64,000 nt of DNA from the human T2T-CHM13v2.0 reference genome, Homo sapiens, in the NCBI RefSeq assembly GCF_009914755.1, contig NC_060943.1; one strand, written 5' to 3'. Within the stretch, counting starts at the first letter, position 1. Each line of letters begins with the position of its first letter. Positions 1 through 15,329 of this stretch are shown here, in pieces. A model generated the notes under the pieces. It had not been told where the DNA came from. It saw only the letters and a list, made by a program, of their open reading frames with translations, and ran no database searches. A program made the translations under genes and the position numbers.

Positions 1-175
1 GTAGTCTTCTATAGGTTGGTGTTTGAACTCAACATTGTATTCCTGCGTCTGTTGGCATTAGATGCTAAGACAGAGCTAGGGGTGTGAAGTTTTTTGGTAG
101 GTGATGCCTAAAGAAATACAAGGGGGAGGAAATAGAATCTGGCAGGAGGAGCCTGAGACCATGATGTTGATCTGA

Positions 176-373
<198 letters not shown>

Positions 374-711
374 TAAGATGCATTTCTGGCAATGTTGACC
401 AATGCCACAGGGAGCTCAGAACACAGGTCATTCATTAGAGGAGCCTCCCATTGGGTAGGCACGGCCTGATCTGAGAAGCCATGCTCAATAATCACTGATG
501 TCTTCCCCAGGTCTTGGCTCAAAAGCTGATGCAGATCCTGAAGGCACTGCCCTGCTTGCAACAGAATGGCACGGTCTTTTTTGAAGGGATGGCTGGGCTC
601 AGTGGCTCACACCTGTAATCCCAGCACTTTGGGAGGCTGAAAGAGGCTGATCACTTGAGGTCAGGAGTTCAAGACCAGCTTGGCCAACATGAGGAAACCC
701 CACCTCTATTA

Positions 712-1221
<510 letters not shown>

Positions 1222-1582
1222 TCATTTCAGTGATTCATTTGTTAGCAGCTATTTGGGTTGATTCTAATTTTTTGCTGTTACAACAAACACTGCAAAGAAT
1301 ATTCTTTTTTTTTTTGAGATAGGATCTTGCTCTGTCACCCATGCTGGAGGGCAGTAGCTTGATGATGACTTACTGCAACCTCCACCTCCCAGGGCTCAAG
1401 CAATCCTCCCACATCAGCCTCCTGAGTACCTGGGACTACAGGCATGTGCCACCCCACCCACCTAATTTTTGTATTTTTTTTTTAATAGAGACAGGGTCTT
1501 GCCATATTGCCAAGGTTTGAACTGCTGGCCTCAAATTATCCTCCCACCTTGGCCTCCCGAAGTACTGGGATTACAGGTGTGA

Positions 1583-1819
<237 letters not shown>

Positions 1820-2331
1820 TAGATTTGGAATTTCTGGCTCATGCAATCTGCATATATTCGACAAGATAGTGCCAAAATGTTTTCTATTAGATTCTTTAAC
1901 ACAGCCTTTAACCTTGTACTACATTCCTCTTTTCATTTAAGCTAGCTTGAGTGGGTTTCTATTGCTTGCAATTCTAACCTACCTAACTCATCAAAAATGA
2001 CTTTTTGATGACAACTCTGTGACATTCCTCCCAAGAGGTCCCCACCCTGACAATAGTCACCTCAGGTTTAGAACTACAGGAGGTTATGGGTGAATGAGGC
2101 ACAAACACAAGTTTGACACGTCCTTAGCAATACACTCACACTGGCTGGACACGGTGGCTCACACCTGTAATTTCAGCACTCTGGGAGGCTGAGGCAGGAG
2201 GATCACTTGAGCAAAGGAATTCAAGACCAGCCTGGGCAATGTAAAAATGTAAAAAAAAATGTAAATGTAAAAAACAAAATGCAAAAAATAAAATGTAAAA
2301 AAAATAATAGTAGGCCAGGTGCCGTGACTCA

Positions 2332-2625
<294 letters not shown>

Positions 2626-2962
2626 TTAAAATAAGATAAGACATACACTCATACATGCAGATCCTCGGTCCATGATGATGCCATTTTCCTGCTGCTCTGA
2701 CCCAGGCACAGCCTCCCTCTGGACATCTTATTAGTTGGCCTAATGACTGCTTGTGATGTTTAAGTCATTTGCAATTAAATCTTCCACAACTTGTAACTGA
2801 AAGCATCCTTAGTGACTTTTTCACTCTTCATTCATTCTTTCATATTCTTACTCTCTGTCCCTCCCTCTTTCTCTCTCCCTTTCTTCTTTTTCTTTTCTTT
2901 TTTTTTCTTAAAGGAGGGGTCAGCTGGATGCAGCGGCTCATGCCTGTAATCCCAGCACTTTA

Positions 2963-3253
<291 letters not shown>

Positions 3254-3542
3254 TTACCCAGGCTGGAGTGCGGTAGTGGGATCATACTCACTGCAGCCTC
3301 GACCTCCCTGGCTCAAGTGATCCTCCTGCCTCAGCCTCCTGAGTAGCTGGGACTACAAGTGCACACCACCATGCCAGGCTAATTTTTTTTATTCTTTATT
3401 TTTTATAGAGATTGGAGTCTTGCTATGTTGCCCAGGCTGGTCTCAAACTCCTGTGCTCAAGCAATCTTCCCAGGACGGCCTCCCAAAGTACTGGGATAAT
3501 AGGCATAAGCCATCCTGCCCAGCTTTCTCTCTCCTCTGTCTC

Positions 3543-3557
3543 ACACACACACACACA

Positions 3558-3589
<32 letters not shown>

Positions 3590-3590
3590 A
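3543..3590. repeat. Imperfect (CA)n microsatellite
   Basis: Read directly. Confidence 0.9.
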
Positions 3591-3819
3591 ACACGTACAG
3601 CTACAGTCACATATGCAGACAAGTGGCGTTCAGTCATTAATAAAGTCACATATACAAGCAAGGTCAATGTCACAGACAAATTTCTTATTGTTTGTTGTCA
3701 CAAATTGTATAAAAAGAACAAGAGCAAACATTTTTTGGGGGCTTCACAAACAAATAGGGATCTGGAGGTGGTAATCTAGGCAAGGTAGTTGGTGCATACA
3801 TACCTAAGGTAATGGATGG

Positions 3820-4523
<704 letters not shown>

Positions 4524-4884
4524 GATGGCAGGTGGGTCTCAGGGGCAGACACACGGGTCTCCACTGGCCACACACTTCAGGTCCCAAATAGAGAGGCAGA
4601 AAAGGCCAGGTGTGGTGGCTCATGCCTATAATTCCAGTGATGTGGGAGGGCTAGCAGGGAAGATCGTTTGAACCCAGAAGTTAGAGGCTGCAGTGAGCTA
4701 GGACCTCACCACGGCACTCCAGCCTGGGTGATAGTGTATGTCTCTCTTAAAAAAAAAAAAAAAAAAGGAGGAGGGAAGGGGAAGGTTCAAGACAGTGGAG
4801 GCACGAGGAGCCCCAGAACTCTGTTGGGGAGACACTAATTCGTGCACCTGCCATCCTCCCCCAGGACCCAAAGGACCCGGGTCT

Positions 4885-6310
4885 GTCATCTTCCTCGGGG
4901 CCTCCTGGAGCTGGTGCAGCCAGTGGTGGAGGCGGCCCCGGGGCCTGGGCCTTGCTGAGGCTGGATCTGTGAGCAGAGGAGGGCGGTGTGTGAGGCGGGG
5001 CCTGGGCCACCACAGGGGAAGGATGCTGCTCAGAGCCCACAGACCTGGGTGCCCGGGCCCCGAGGACTCACACTGGCCCCAAGCTGGGAGAGGATGTTGT
5101 GGAGGGTGTGAAGGAGCTGGTCCAGGACATCCCCCAGGGCCGGATCAGCATCAGCGGTGACCTCCAGGACCTTCAGTGTCAGGGCCAGCTCAGCCTCCAA
5201 AGCCACAGGGCGCTCCCTCACCTGAAGAGAGGTGAGAAAGAGCAGGTGAGGGGGCGGGTGAGGGGAACAGATGGGGGGAGGAGGATAGAGAGGAACAAGT
5301 GAAGGTGACAAGCACAGGGGAGAGGGCACAGCCAGTGTGGTCAGGTGGGAGTAGAGGGAAGGGGGAGCAGGTGTGGGGAGAGGAGAGAGGGACAAGGGAG
5401 AAGGAGAAGATGAAGGGGCCACTACAGAGCCAGGTGAGTGGGGCTGGGAGAGCAGGGGTGGGCCTGACTCCCCCTCTCACCTGCAGCTGCCTCAGGTCCC
5501 AGGTCCTGGGGAAGAGGCGGGAGCGGCACCTGCAGTCCTTCAGCAGAAGCGACACTTCCTAGACAGCAAAGGCACAGGTTAGCCCCAGCAGGAGGGGTGG
5601 AGGTTAGACCACTCTGATGGGATTGGAGGATGGCTGACAACAGGATAGGGAAGTTAACTGGTGGGAGGATAGTAGAGGACCCTCTTCTACAGAAGAACAT
5701 GCGTCAGTCCCTGCAGTAGGAGCATGAGATAGCCTACTGCAGGGAGGGTGGAGGCTAGCCCAGTGAAGGAAGCTGGAGGTCTTCGCTCAACAAAGTCAGC
5801 ATGGTGACCCATAGAGGGTGATGGAGGCTAGCCCACGGCAGGAGGGGCAGGGGGAGACTCACACAGGCCTCGTTCTGTCTATTAAAGCCTGAGCTGCATG
5901 GACTTCCTGTCTGGTTCCTGCGCCTTTTTCACCAGGGGGATGCAGTGTCCTGGGCTCCACGGCTTTGGGTCTCTATTCAGTCTTATTCAAAGTCTCTGGC
6001 TTCGGTCTCTTCTTCTGGATCTCCACCTGCTGCTCTGGGTTTGGCTGTTTCTGATTTCCAGCTCGGTCTGGGGTATCATTCCTGCCTGAGCTCCAGGGCA
6101 CACTGTTTAGCTGGGACAGAGGCCAGTCCCACGGGTGCAGAGCGGCCTGAGGCACCGGAGGGGGTGGGGTGGGGGAGGCCCAGGCTGGAGAAGTCCAGAG
6201 CAGGGCGGGGCCAGGTGCCGCAGCTGCCCCTGGGGAAAGAGAAAGTGACACGTGCCCGGGCCAGGCTCTGTGTTCGCCTACAGGAAGGTGACTTCCTGAA
6301 CCACACATGC
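4885..6310 (-). pseudogene. IFNL3P1: Unprocessed, truncated IFNL2/3-like pseudogene
   Basis: Intact-looking exons 5558-5481 (EVSLLLKDCRCRSRLFPRTWDLRQLQ) and 5221-5072 (VRERPVAL...SQLGAS, Cys to Ser). The exon starting at 4966 has a 7-nt deletion and its donor reads AT instead of GT. The last exon is absent, and the signal-peptide exon and promoter are heavily degenerate (5860-6310). Confidence 0.9.
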
Positions 6311-6681
6311 CTGGGGCTGTAGCAGCTTCAGCTCAGGAGGAGGAGCCACGGGTGCCCCCAGGGCAGGACTAGGGTTTGAGGGGGCGGGTGAGGGGCTTGT
6401 GTATCTGCAGATTGCTCAGATGTGGAGGGGGGTGGCTGAGGGAAACCCGGGAAGTATTTCCCTGAGGGGTGGAAGGGGGGACTCTAGAAGGAGACTGCTT
6501 AGGGTAGGGGAGACCACCCAGGGAAAGGGATACTGTGGGGATGGGAGGACGGAGTCAGTGAGGCCAAGACCACAGAGTATAAAGAAAAGGACAGGCCACT
6601 TTGGTACGCCAAGGCAGGAGGATCACTTGAAGTCAGGAATTTGAGACCAGCCTGGGCAACATAGCAAGACCCCCGTCACTA

Positions 6682-7014
<333 letters not shown>

Positions 7015-7644
7015 TTATTCATTCATTGAATCTGTCATTGGTTCAAAAAGTATTTATTGAGCAGGAACTATGGGCCAACACTGTCCTGTGCACTGAGGGC
7101 CCAGCAGAGAACAAAATACACAAAATTCCCTGTCTCTCGAGGAGCTGACATACCAGTGGGAGAGTCAGGCAGTAACAAATAAGTTAAATATGTACAATGT
7201 CACTGAAAGAAGCGCTTTTGAGAAAAATTATGCTGCAGATGGAGCCGGCTGAACCCAGAAGAAGTTGCCTGCTCTAAGGCAGCCAGAGAAGGGGACATCT
7301 AGTTGAAAACCTAAAGGAGGAGGGAGGGAACAGCATTCTAGGCAACGGGAACAGCCAGTGCAAAGTGAGGACAACGACAAGTTTCTCTAACGGATGCCAC
7401 CCTGTCCCGGAGGCTTTACACATGCAAGAGCAGTGAATTCTCCCAACACCTCTGAGAAAGGTACCATGCTTTCTTCTACCTTGAAAATGAAGAAGCTGGT
7501 ACTCAGAGAGGTTAAGAGACTTGGCCAAGTTTACACAGCAGGTATGTGCTAAGAGCAGTCTGAGTTTTCCCTGACACCCAGGCCTTAACCCCTGCACCTC
7601 CTGCCTTCAGAGGTTTTGAGTTTTTCTTTTTTTTTTTCTTTTGA

Positions 7645-7755
<111 letters not shown>

Positions 7756-7909
7756 TGAGTAGCTGAAAACCATGTGTATTCCTGGGCCTGTGGATTTGGA
7801 AGGGCAGGGAAAACCATGTGTATTTTCATTTGGAAGGGCAGGGAAAACCGTGTGTATTTTCATACAGGCATCCGCCACCACACCTGGCTAATTTTTGTAT
7901 TTTTAGTAG

Positions 7910-8032
<123 letters not shown>

Positions 8033-8629
8033 TGAGTACTTTGAAGATACTTTTCTGAGTCCTTGGTCACCTGAATTCTGCCCATCCAGGGAGTCCCTTG
8101 AGGAAACCTGGGGGCTGATCTTGCCATGTGCACATGTGCTCCGAAACCCTCTTGCCCCTCCATCCTCAGCATTATTAGATATGGAGACTAGTACTGGCCA
8201 CCAAACCCAAGACTACATTCTCTAGCATCCTGCATGCTAGGGATGACCATGTGACTAACCCATCACCACCATCTAGGCCTTAAAACACAGGGTGGGTGGT
8301 CCCTGCTCTGTTTCCTATTGTCACCACTGAAAAACTGGACATGTCTGAGAGCCGAATCCTGCTGTACAGGTGAGAACAAACTCCAGGACAGGGCTTCTAA
8401 CCTGGCAGAAGAATTCCTGGGCCTGTGGATTTGGAAGGGCGGAAAAACTATGTGTATTCTCACTAACCTCTGTCTGAAATTTGATATTTCCTGAATGTAT
8501 GTTTCTTACACCTGCTGTAACAAATGACCCCCAACTTAGTGGGGTAAAACAACTCAGACTTTCCAGGGATGGATAGACGGATGGGCAAAATATAGTCTAC
8601 ACATATGATGGAATATGATTCAGCCTTCA

Positions 8630-8818
<189 letters not shown>

Positions 8819-8933
8819 TCAGGAAGCTGAGGCAGGAGGATCACTTGAGCTGAGGAATTTGAGGCTGCAGTGAGCTGATTGCACAACAGTACTCTAGCCT
8901 GGGTAACAGAGCAAGACCCTGTCTCTAAACTTA

Positions 8934-9231
<298 letters not shown>

Positions 9232-11735
9232 TCAAAAAAAAAAAAAAAAAAAAAGAGAGCAAGAGGAGGGAAGGAAGTTCTGACACATGCTACAATAAAA
9301 ATGAACTTTGAAGACATTATGTCAGTGAAATAAGCCAGTCTCAAAAGAACAAATGCTGTATGATTCCCCCTACATGAGGTGCTGAGAGAAGTCAAATTCC
9401 TAGAAACAGACGTGTCTAAATATTTGCCGGGGTAGCGGGAGGGGTTAATAGGAAGTTGTTGTTTAATGGGTACAGAGATTCAATTTTGTAAGATGAAGAG
9501 AGTTCTGGAGATTGCTTGCCGAACAATGTAGCAAACACCACTAGGACCAGACCTGTAATCCCGGCACTTTGGGAGGCCAAGGGGGGCAGATCACTTGAGG
9601 TCAGGAGTTCGAGACCAACCTGGCCAACATGGCAAAACCCCATCTCTACTAAAAATACAGTAATTAGCCAGGCATCTGACTGGCTAATGGCACACACCTG
9701 TAGTCTCAGCTACTCAGGAGGCTGAGGTGGGAGGATCACTTGAGCCTAGGAGGTCGAGGCTGCAATGAGCTATGATCATGCCAGTGCCCTCCAGCCAGGG
9801 TGACAGAGCAAGGTCCTGTCTCAAAAAAAAAAAAATAGAATAAATAAATAATAAAATTGCACTACTGAACAATGTGCTTTAGAAAGGATAAGATGGTACA
9901 TTTTGTGGGTTTCCCACAATTAAAAAAAATATTTAAATTACCTGAACAAAAAGAACAAAACAAAATGCATGCACATTTCTATTCCTACAGTTCTGACAGT
10001 CAAGATGTCAGCAGAGCGGGTTCCTTCTGGAAGCAGCAGGGGAGATCTCTCTCCTTTCTCAGCCTCTGGGGGTGTCCAGCATCCCTTGACCCCGGTTCCC
10101 TTCCTGACATCACTCCAATGTCCTGTTTCTGTGGTTACATCTTCCGCTAATGATGCTGACCCCGGCCTCCTTCTTAGAAGGACTTTTGTGATGACATTGG
10201 GTCCAGGTGGACAACCCAGGATAACGCCCCCATCCCAAACCCTTAACTTACTCACATCTGCAGAGTCCCTCGTGCCATGGAACATAACATATTCCCAGGT
10301 CCAGGAATCAGGAACATCTCTGGGGACCAGTCTTGCATCTAGCACGAATCCATTACAAATGCAGCAACACACCACAGCAGTGTTAGCAGAACTTGTGACT
10401 GTTACCAAAAGAAATCACAGGCATTTCCTATCACGTTATCTTCCAGCAGGCACCTTGAAATGTCATTTATGCTCATCTCTGCTTCTAAGTCACAGTGGTT
10501 ATTAAAGCTGCCACAGGTGATTTTTTACTTAATGCATTCATGAAGAAGCACATGAATTGCTATGTCACAGTGTGAAAAAATATTTTGATCACTGTATTAC
10601 AATCAGAGTTGGATTCCTTTGTCCTGCACGTGTTCTTTCCTTCTGAGAAGGGTCCGTAGGCTTTTCAAGGCTGCCGTGAGGTCCGGTGGGTGAAGATGAT
10701 GAGGGAGCCCTGTCCCGGGGACTGTGGAGCACAGAACTGCCAGGAACCAGGGCCCCTGGATGACTGAGTGGGGCCATCCTGCCAGGGGGAGCGCTCACCT
10801 TGGGAGGAGGAGCTGGTGGAGAATGACACTCTGTGGTTTGTAATTCATGATCACTGTATTTGGGGGACTCTTTGTTCCAGCAGCTCAGCCAACTCTACTC
10901 AGCAGGGGTCCCTGATCCAAGTTGTCCTCCTCATCTGTAGGGGCTTATCCAGGGTTAGTGAGACCTCATGTTTGCTTATACAATTCAGGGGCTTCTTGGA
11001 AAGAGAATGGGCTGGACCCGGTGACTCAAGCCTGTAATCCCAGTTCGGGGAGGGGCTGGAGAGGGTGGAGGATGGTGCCGAGGAGAGAGAATCACTTGAG
11101 CCCAGGAGTTTGAGGCTACAGTGAGATGTGATCACGCAAGAGACAGGATCTTGCTGTTGCTCAGGCTGGTCGTGAACTCCTGACCTCAAACAGTCCTCCC
11201 ATCTCAGCTTCCACCAGTAGCTGGGATTATGGGCTTGTGCCACCACACCCAGCCAATTCTCTAATTTTTTATAGAGACAGGATCTTGCTATGTTGCCCAG
11301 GCTGGTCTGGGCTCAAGTGATCCTCCCAACTCAGCCACCCAAAGTGCTGTGATTACAGGCTTGAGCAATCACATCCAGGCTCTAAATTAATTTTAAAGAT
11401 GCTTCATTTCACCCAATACATCCAAAGTGCTATCATTTCAACATCTAATGAATATATAAATTATAATTAAGCTGTTTTACTTTTTTTTTTTTCTCCACAG
11501 TAAATCTTCAAATTCTGGGGTATGTTTTACACTCACTGAAAAAATGAGGTTGCACCACCTACATTCCAGGTGCTCGATAGTGACATGTGACCTGGGGACC
11601 CCAGTGGACAGCACAGACTCAATGAACCTGCTGTTCTAGATGCTACTTTTAGGGTAATTTGTTATGGCAGCAATGCAAAGGAAATACACACCAACGCACA
11701 CACAGTCCCACGTCATGGGTGTCTTTTCCTCATTG

Positions 11736-11896
11736 TTTATTTCAACAAGGATTTCAAAAAGTAGAAAAATAAACATTTTCCTGGAGGTGAGTTGGATTTA
11801 CATACACAAATACATAAATAGCGACTGGGTGACAATAAATTAAGCCAAGTGGCTAATTTATAAATAAAATCTCAGGTTGCATGACTGGCGGAAGGG
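11736..11896 (-). promoter_or_regulatory. IFNL3 3'UTR with AU-rich elements and AATAAA (11741-11736)
   Basis: Three ATTTA pentamers on the mRNA strand and a canonical poly(A) signal. Confidence 0.85.
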
Positions 11897-13232
11897 TCAG
11901 ACACACAGGTCCCCGCTGGCAACACAATTCAGGTCTCGCGTGAGGAGGCGGAAGAGGTTGAAGGTGACAGAGGCCTCGAGGCAGCCAGGGGACTCCTGTA
12001 GGGAGGAGGGGATGGGTCAGGGGCTGTCTGGGTTCTGGGCTCCCAGTGGCTCCCCAGACCTCAGTCCCTCTCTTCCCGGGTCACTCACCTTTTTTGGGGC
12101 CTCCTGGAGCCGGTGCAGCCAATGGTGGAGGCGGCCCCGGGTCCTGGGCCCTGCCGTGGGCTGAGGCTGGATCTGTGGGCAGAGGAGGGCGGTGTGTGAG
12201 CCGGGGCCTTGGCCAGGGGAAGGACGCTGCTCAGAGCTCACAGACCTGGGTGCCCGGGCCCTGACGACTCACACAGGCCCGGAGCTGGGAGAGGATATGG
12301 TGCAGGGTGTGAAGGGGCTGGTCCAAGACATCCCCCAGGGCTGGGTCAGTGTCAGCGGTGGCCTCCAGAACCTTCAGCGTCAGGGCCAGCTCAGCCTCCA
12401 AAGCCACGGGGCGCTCCCTCACCTGAGGAGAGGTGAGAAAGAGCAGGTGAGGGGGGAGGTGAGGGGAACAGGTTGGGGGAGGAGGATAGAGAGGAACAAG
12501 TGAAGGTGACAGGCACAGGGGAGAGGGCACAGCCAGTGTGGTCAGGTAGGAGCAGAGGGAAGGGGTAGCAGGTGTGGGGAGAGGAGAGAGGGACAATGGA
12601 GAAGGAGAAGGTGAAGGGGCCACTACAGAGCCAGGTGAGCAGGGCTGGGAGGGCAGGGGTGGGCCTGACTCCCCCTCTCACCTGCAGCTGCCTCAGGTCC
12701 CAGGTCCTGGGGAAGAGGCGGGAGCGGCACTTGCAGTCCTTCAGCAGAAGCGACTCTTCCTAGACAGCAAAGGCACAGGTTAGCCCCAGCAGGAGGGGTG
12801 GAGGTTAGACCACTCTGATGGGATTGGAGGATGGCTGACAACAGGATAGGGGAGGTTAACTGCTGGGAGGATGGTAGAGGACCCTCTTCTTCAGGAAAAC
12901 ATGAGTCAGTCCCTGCAGTAGGAGCATGAGATAGCCCACTGCAGGGAGGGTGGAGGCTAGCCCAGTGAAGGAAGCTGGGAGTGGGAAAGCATGGTGACCC
13001 TTGGAGTGCGGGTGGAGGCTAGTCCATGGCAGGAGGGCAGGGGGAGACTCACTAAGGCATCTTTGGCCCTCTTAAAGGCCTGCAGCTCCTGTGGAGACAG
13101 GGACTTGAACTGGGCTATGTGGCAGCCCCTTGCATCCGGGAGAGCCCCGCGGAGCCTGGCGACAGGAACTGCTCCAGTCACGGTCAGCACTGCGGCCATC
13201 AGCACCAGCACTGGCATGCAGTCCCCGGTCAT
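11897..13232 (-). CDS. IFNL3: Interferon lambda-3 (IL-28B), 196 aa. Coding exons 13232-13053, 12759-12682, 12422-12273, 12172-12089, 11995-11897. An optional upstream mini-exon (ATG 13342-13333, spliced to 13234) adds MKLD for 200 aa
   Basis: Exons read MTGDCMPVLVLMAAVLTVTGAVPVARLRGALPDARGCHIAQFKSLSPQELQAFKRAKDAL / EESLLLKDCKCRSRLFPRTWDLRQLQ / VRERPVALEAEL...SQLRAC / IQPQ...APKK / ESPGCLEASVTFNLFRLLTRDLNCVASGDLCV*. All introns are GT-AG and phase 0. Exon lengths 180+78+150+84+99 give 196 aa plus stop. IFNL3-diagnostic residues: M6, R28, K70, R72, V92, G116, L133. Confidence 0.98.
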
Positions 13233-13535
13233 GTCTGTGTCACAGAGAGAAAGGGAGCTGAGGGAATGCAGAGGCTGCCCACTGAGGGCAGGGGCTGCAG
13301 GAGCTGAGCACGGACAGAGATGTGGGACTCACCTAGTTTCATTCCTGATCTCTGGTCTTTGTCAGCAGAAGAAACACTCTGAGGCTGTCACCCAGGGTCT
13401 GTTTGGGTCTTGTCTGGAGTCTCTGTTCTTTTCAGTCCCCTCTTCTGGATCTCAGACTGTGTCCTGGCTTTGACTCTTTCTGTCAGTTTTGAGCTCTGTC
13501 TGGGATGTAATTCCTGCCTGAGCTCCATGGGGCAG

Positions 13536-13693
13536 CTTTTATCCCTGACAGAAGGGCAGTCCCAGCTGATGTAGGAAAAGTGAAAACACAGCCTCAGGTA
13601 AGACACCGGCCACCAGGGGAGCCCCAGGCTGGGAAAGCCCAGAGCAGGGCAGGGCTAGTGAGCCAGATGAGCAGCTGGAGGGAAAGAGAAACT
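13536..13693 (-). promoter_or_regulatory. IFNL3 promoter: TATA-like GATAAAAG (13543-13536), IRF element GAAAAGTGAAAA (13575-13586), kB-like GGGAAAGCCC (13631-13640), ISRE-like GGAAAGAGAAACT (13681-13693)
   Basis: Motifs read directly. The arrangement fits the established IRF/NF-kB control of IFNL2/3. Confidence 0.75.
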
Positions 13694-13906
13694 GATGGAG
13701 ACTCAGGGGTAACCTACAGGAAGGTATGTTCCCAAGAGGATTCCACCTGCTCTGGTTTTGTTGTTGTTTAAGACAGGGTCTCACTCTGTCACTGCAGTGC
13801 AATGGCATGATCACAGCTCACTGCAGCCTCAAACTCCTGGGCTCAAGCCATCCTCCTCACCCAGCCTATTAAAGTGCTGAGATTACAGGCCTGAGCCACC
13901 ACTCCT

Positions 13907-13910
<4 letters not shown>

Positions 13911-13940
<30 letters not shown>
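13911..13940. repeat. (TA)15 microsatellite upstream of IFNL3 (known polymorphic promoter TA repeat)
   Basis: Counted directly. It lies between two Alus; the paralogous IFNL2 site has (TA)9 at 36248-36265. Confidence 0.9.
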
Positions 13941-13945
<5 letters not shown>

Positions 13946-15329
13946 AGACAGGGTCTTGTTCGGTCACCCAGGCTGGAGTGCAGTGCAAAATCTTGGCTAA
14001 CTGCAACCTCCGCCTCCTGGGTTCAAGCAATTCTCTTGCCTTAGCCTCCCAAGTAGCTGAGATTACAGATTTGTGCCACCATTCCCAGCTAATTTTTATA
14101 TTTTTAGTAGAGATGGCGTTTCACCATGTTGGCAAGGCTGGTCTCAAATTCCTGATGTCAAGTCATCTCTCTGTCTAGGCCTCCCAAATTGCTGGGATTT
14201 CAGTGTGAGCCACCATGCCCAGAGGCCAATATTTCTTAATTGCCCAGGCAAGGAAGGACTCAGGAATATGAGGCTCTGCTCAAGAATTGAGGTGTGACGA
14301 AGGACTTGAAGGACACCACGTGGGTGCCGTCTTTCTTAGGGAAGTTCAGGCAGTGGTGAAGAGCATGGGTCTTGGAGATGAAGGGTCTGGGGTTCAAACC
14401 TGGTTCTGACCCTCACTAGCCGTGTGACCTTGGCAAGGAGGGGTGCATTCAGCAACGCAGATTGCTAATGCACAGATTTGGAGAAAAAATTAATAACACA
14501 ATTGTTTGTGTATTTATGTGAGTGATTATTTAATAGAATCCACTCATTAAGACCATACTAGGACCTCAGCTGGAGAGTTTAAAACGTGATCTCAACGGAC
14601 ACTACTCCTCCACAAGGCAAGTATGCTAACCCATCCTATAGGTGAGGAAACAGAGGCTCAGAAAAGTAATTTGCCCTGAATTCCACTGTAATTAACTGGC
14701 AGGGTCAGAACTGAACCTCAGGCCACCTGAGTCCCTGGCTCGGCCTCTTTTTTTGCTGTAAGGTGCACCTCACAATCATCATACGGAAAACAACCAATGC
14801 GATCAAAACACTCTTTGATAACTGGCAATAAATTTAAACCGGGAGACAGAATAGCAAATGCACAGGAACTTCACAAATACAAACACACGTAAGGGAATCC
14901 AAAGAACCACAGTCGGTTAAGGACCCTTGGGCCTTTCACTACCAAATCCCTCATGGATTGGTGTCCCTTAGATGCCGGATCCAAGAGTCACGGATTCACA
15001 GAATCTCAAAGCTGGCTGTGGGGCTACAAATCCGGGGTTAGGACCTGGTGTTGGGGGTGTCCTGGTAACCACACAAGGAGGAACTGGTCCCTGTTGCCTG
15101 GGGTCAGCCACGGTTTCCAGAGCTCAAGTTTTTTCCTGCCACAGCAACCGTTGGAGGGTCGTACAATGCACCCCGAGGAAATATCGTGGCTTCCTGGAGA
15201 ACTGTGGTCTCTTCCCTGTAGAAGGACCCGCTCCTCTTATATCTGAGACAGTGGATCCAAGTCAGGCCCAAGGCTGCGAAGAAGTTTTCGTGCCTCAGCA
15301 CCCATTGACTGAGAGCCTCGCCCGGCCAG

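Noticed and set aside
9938-10505. 156-180-aa ORFs, mirrored at 40834-41376
   Set aside because: They lie largely in MaLR LTR-derived sequence within the duplication and have no protein-like features
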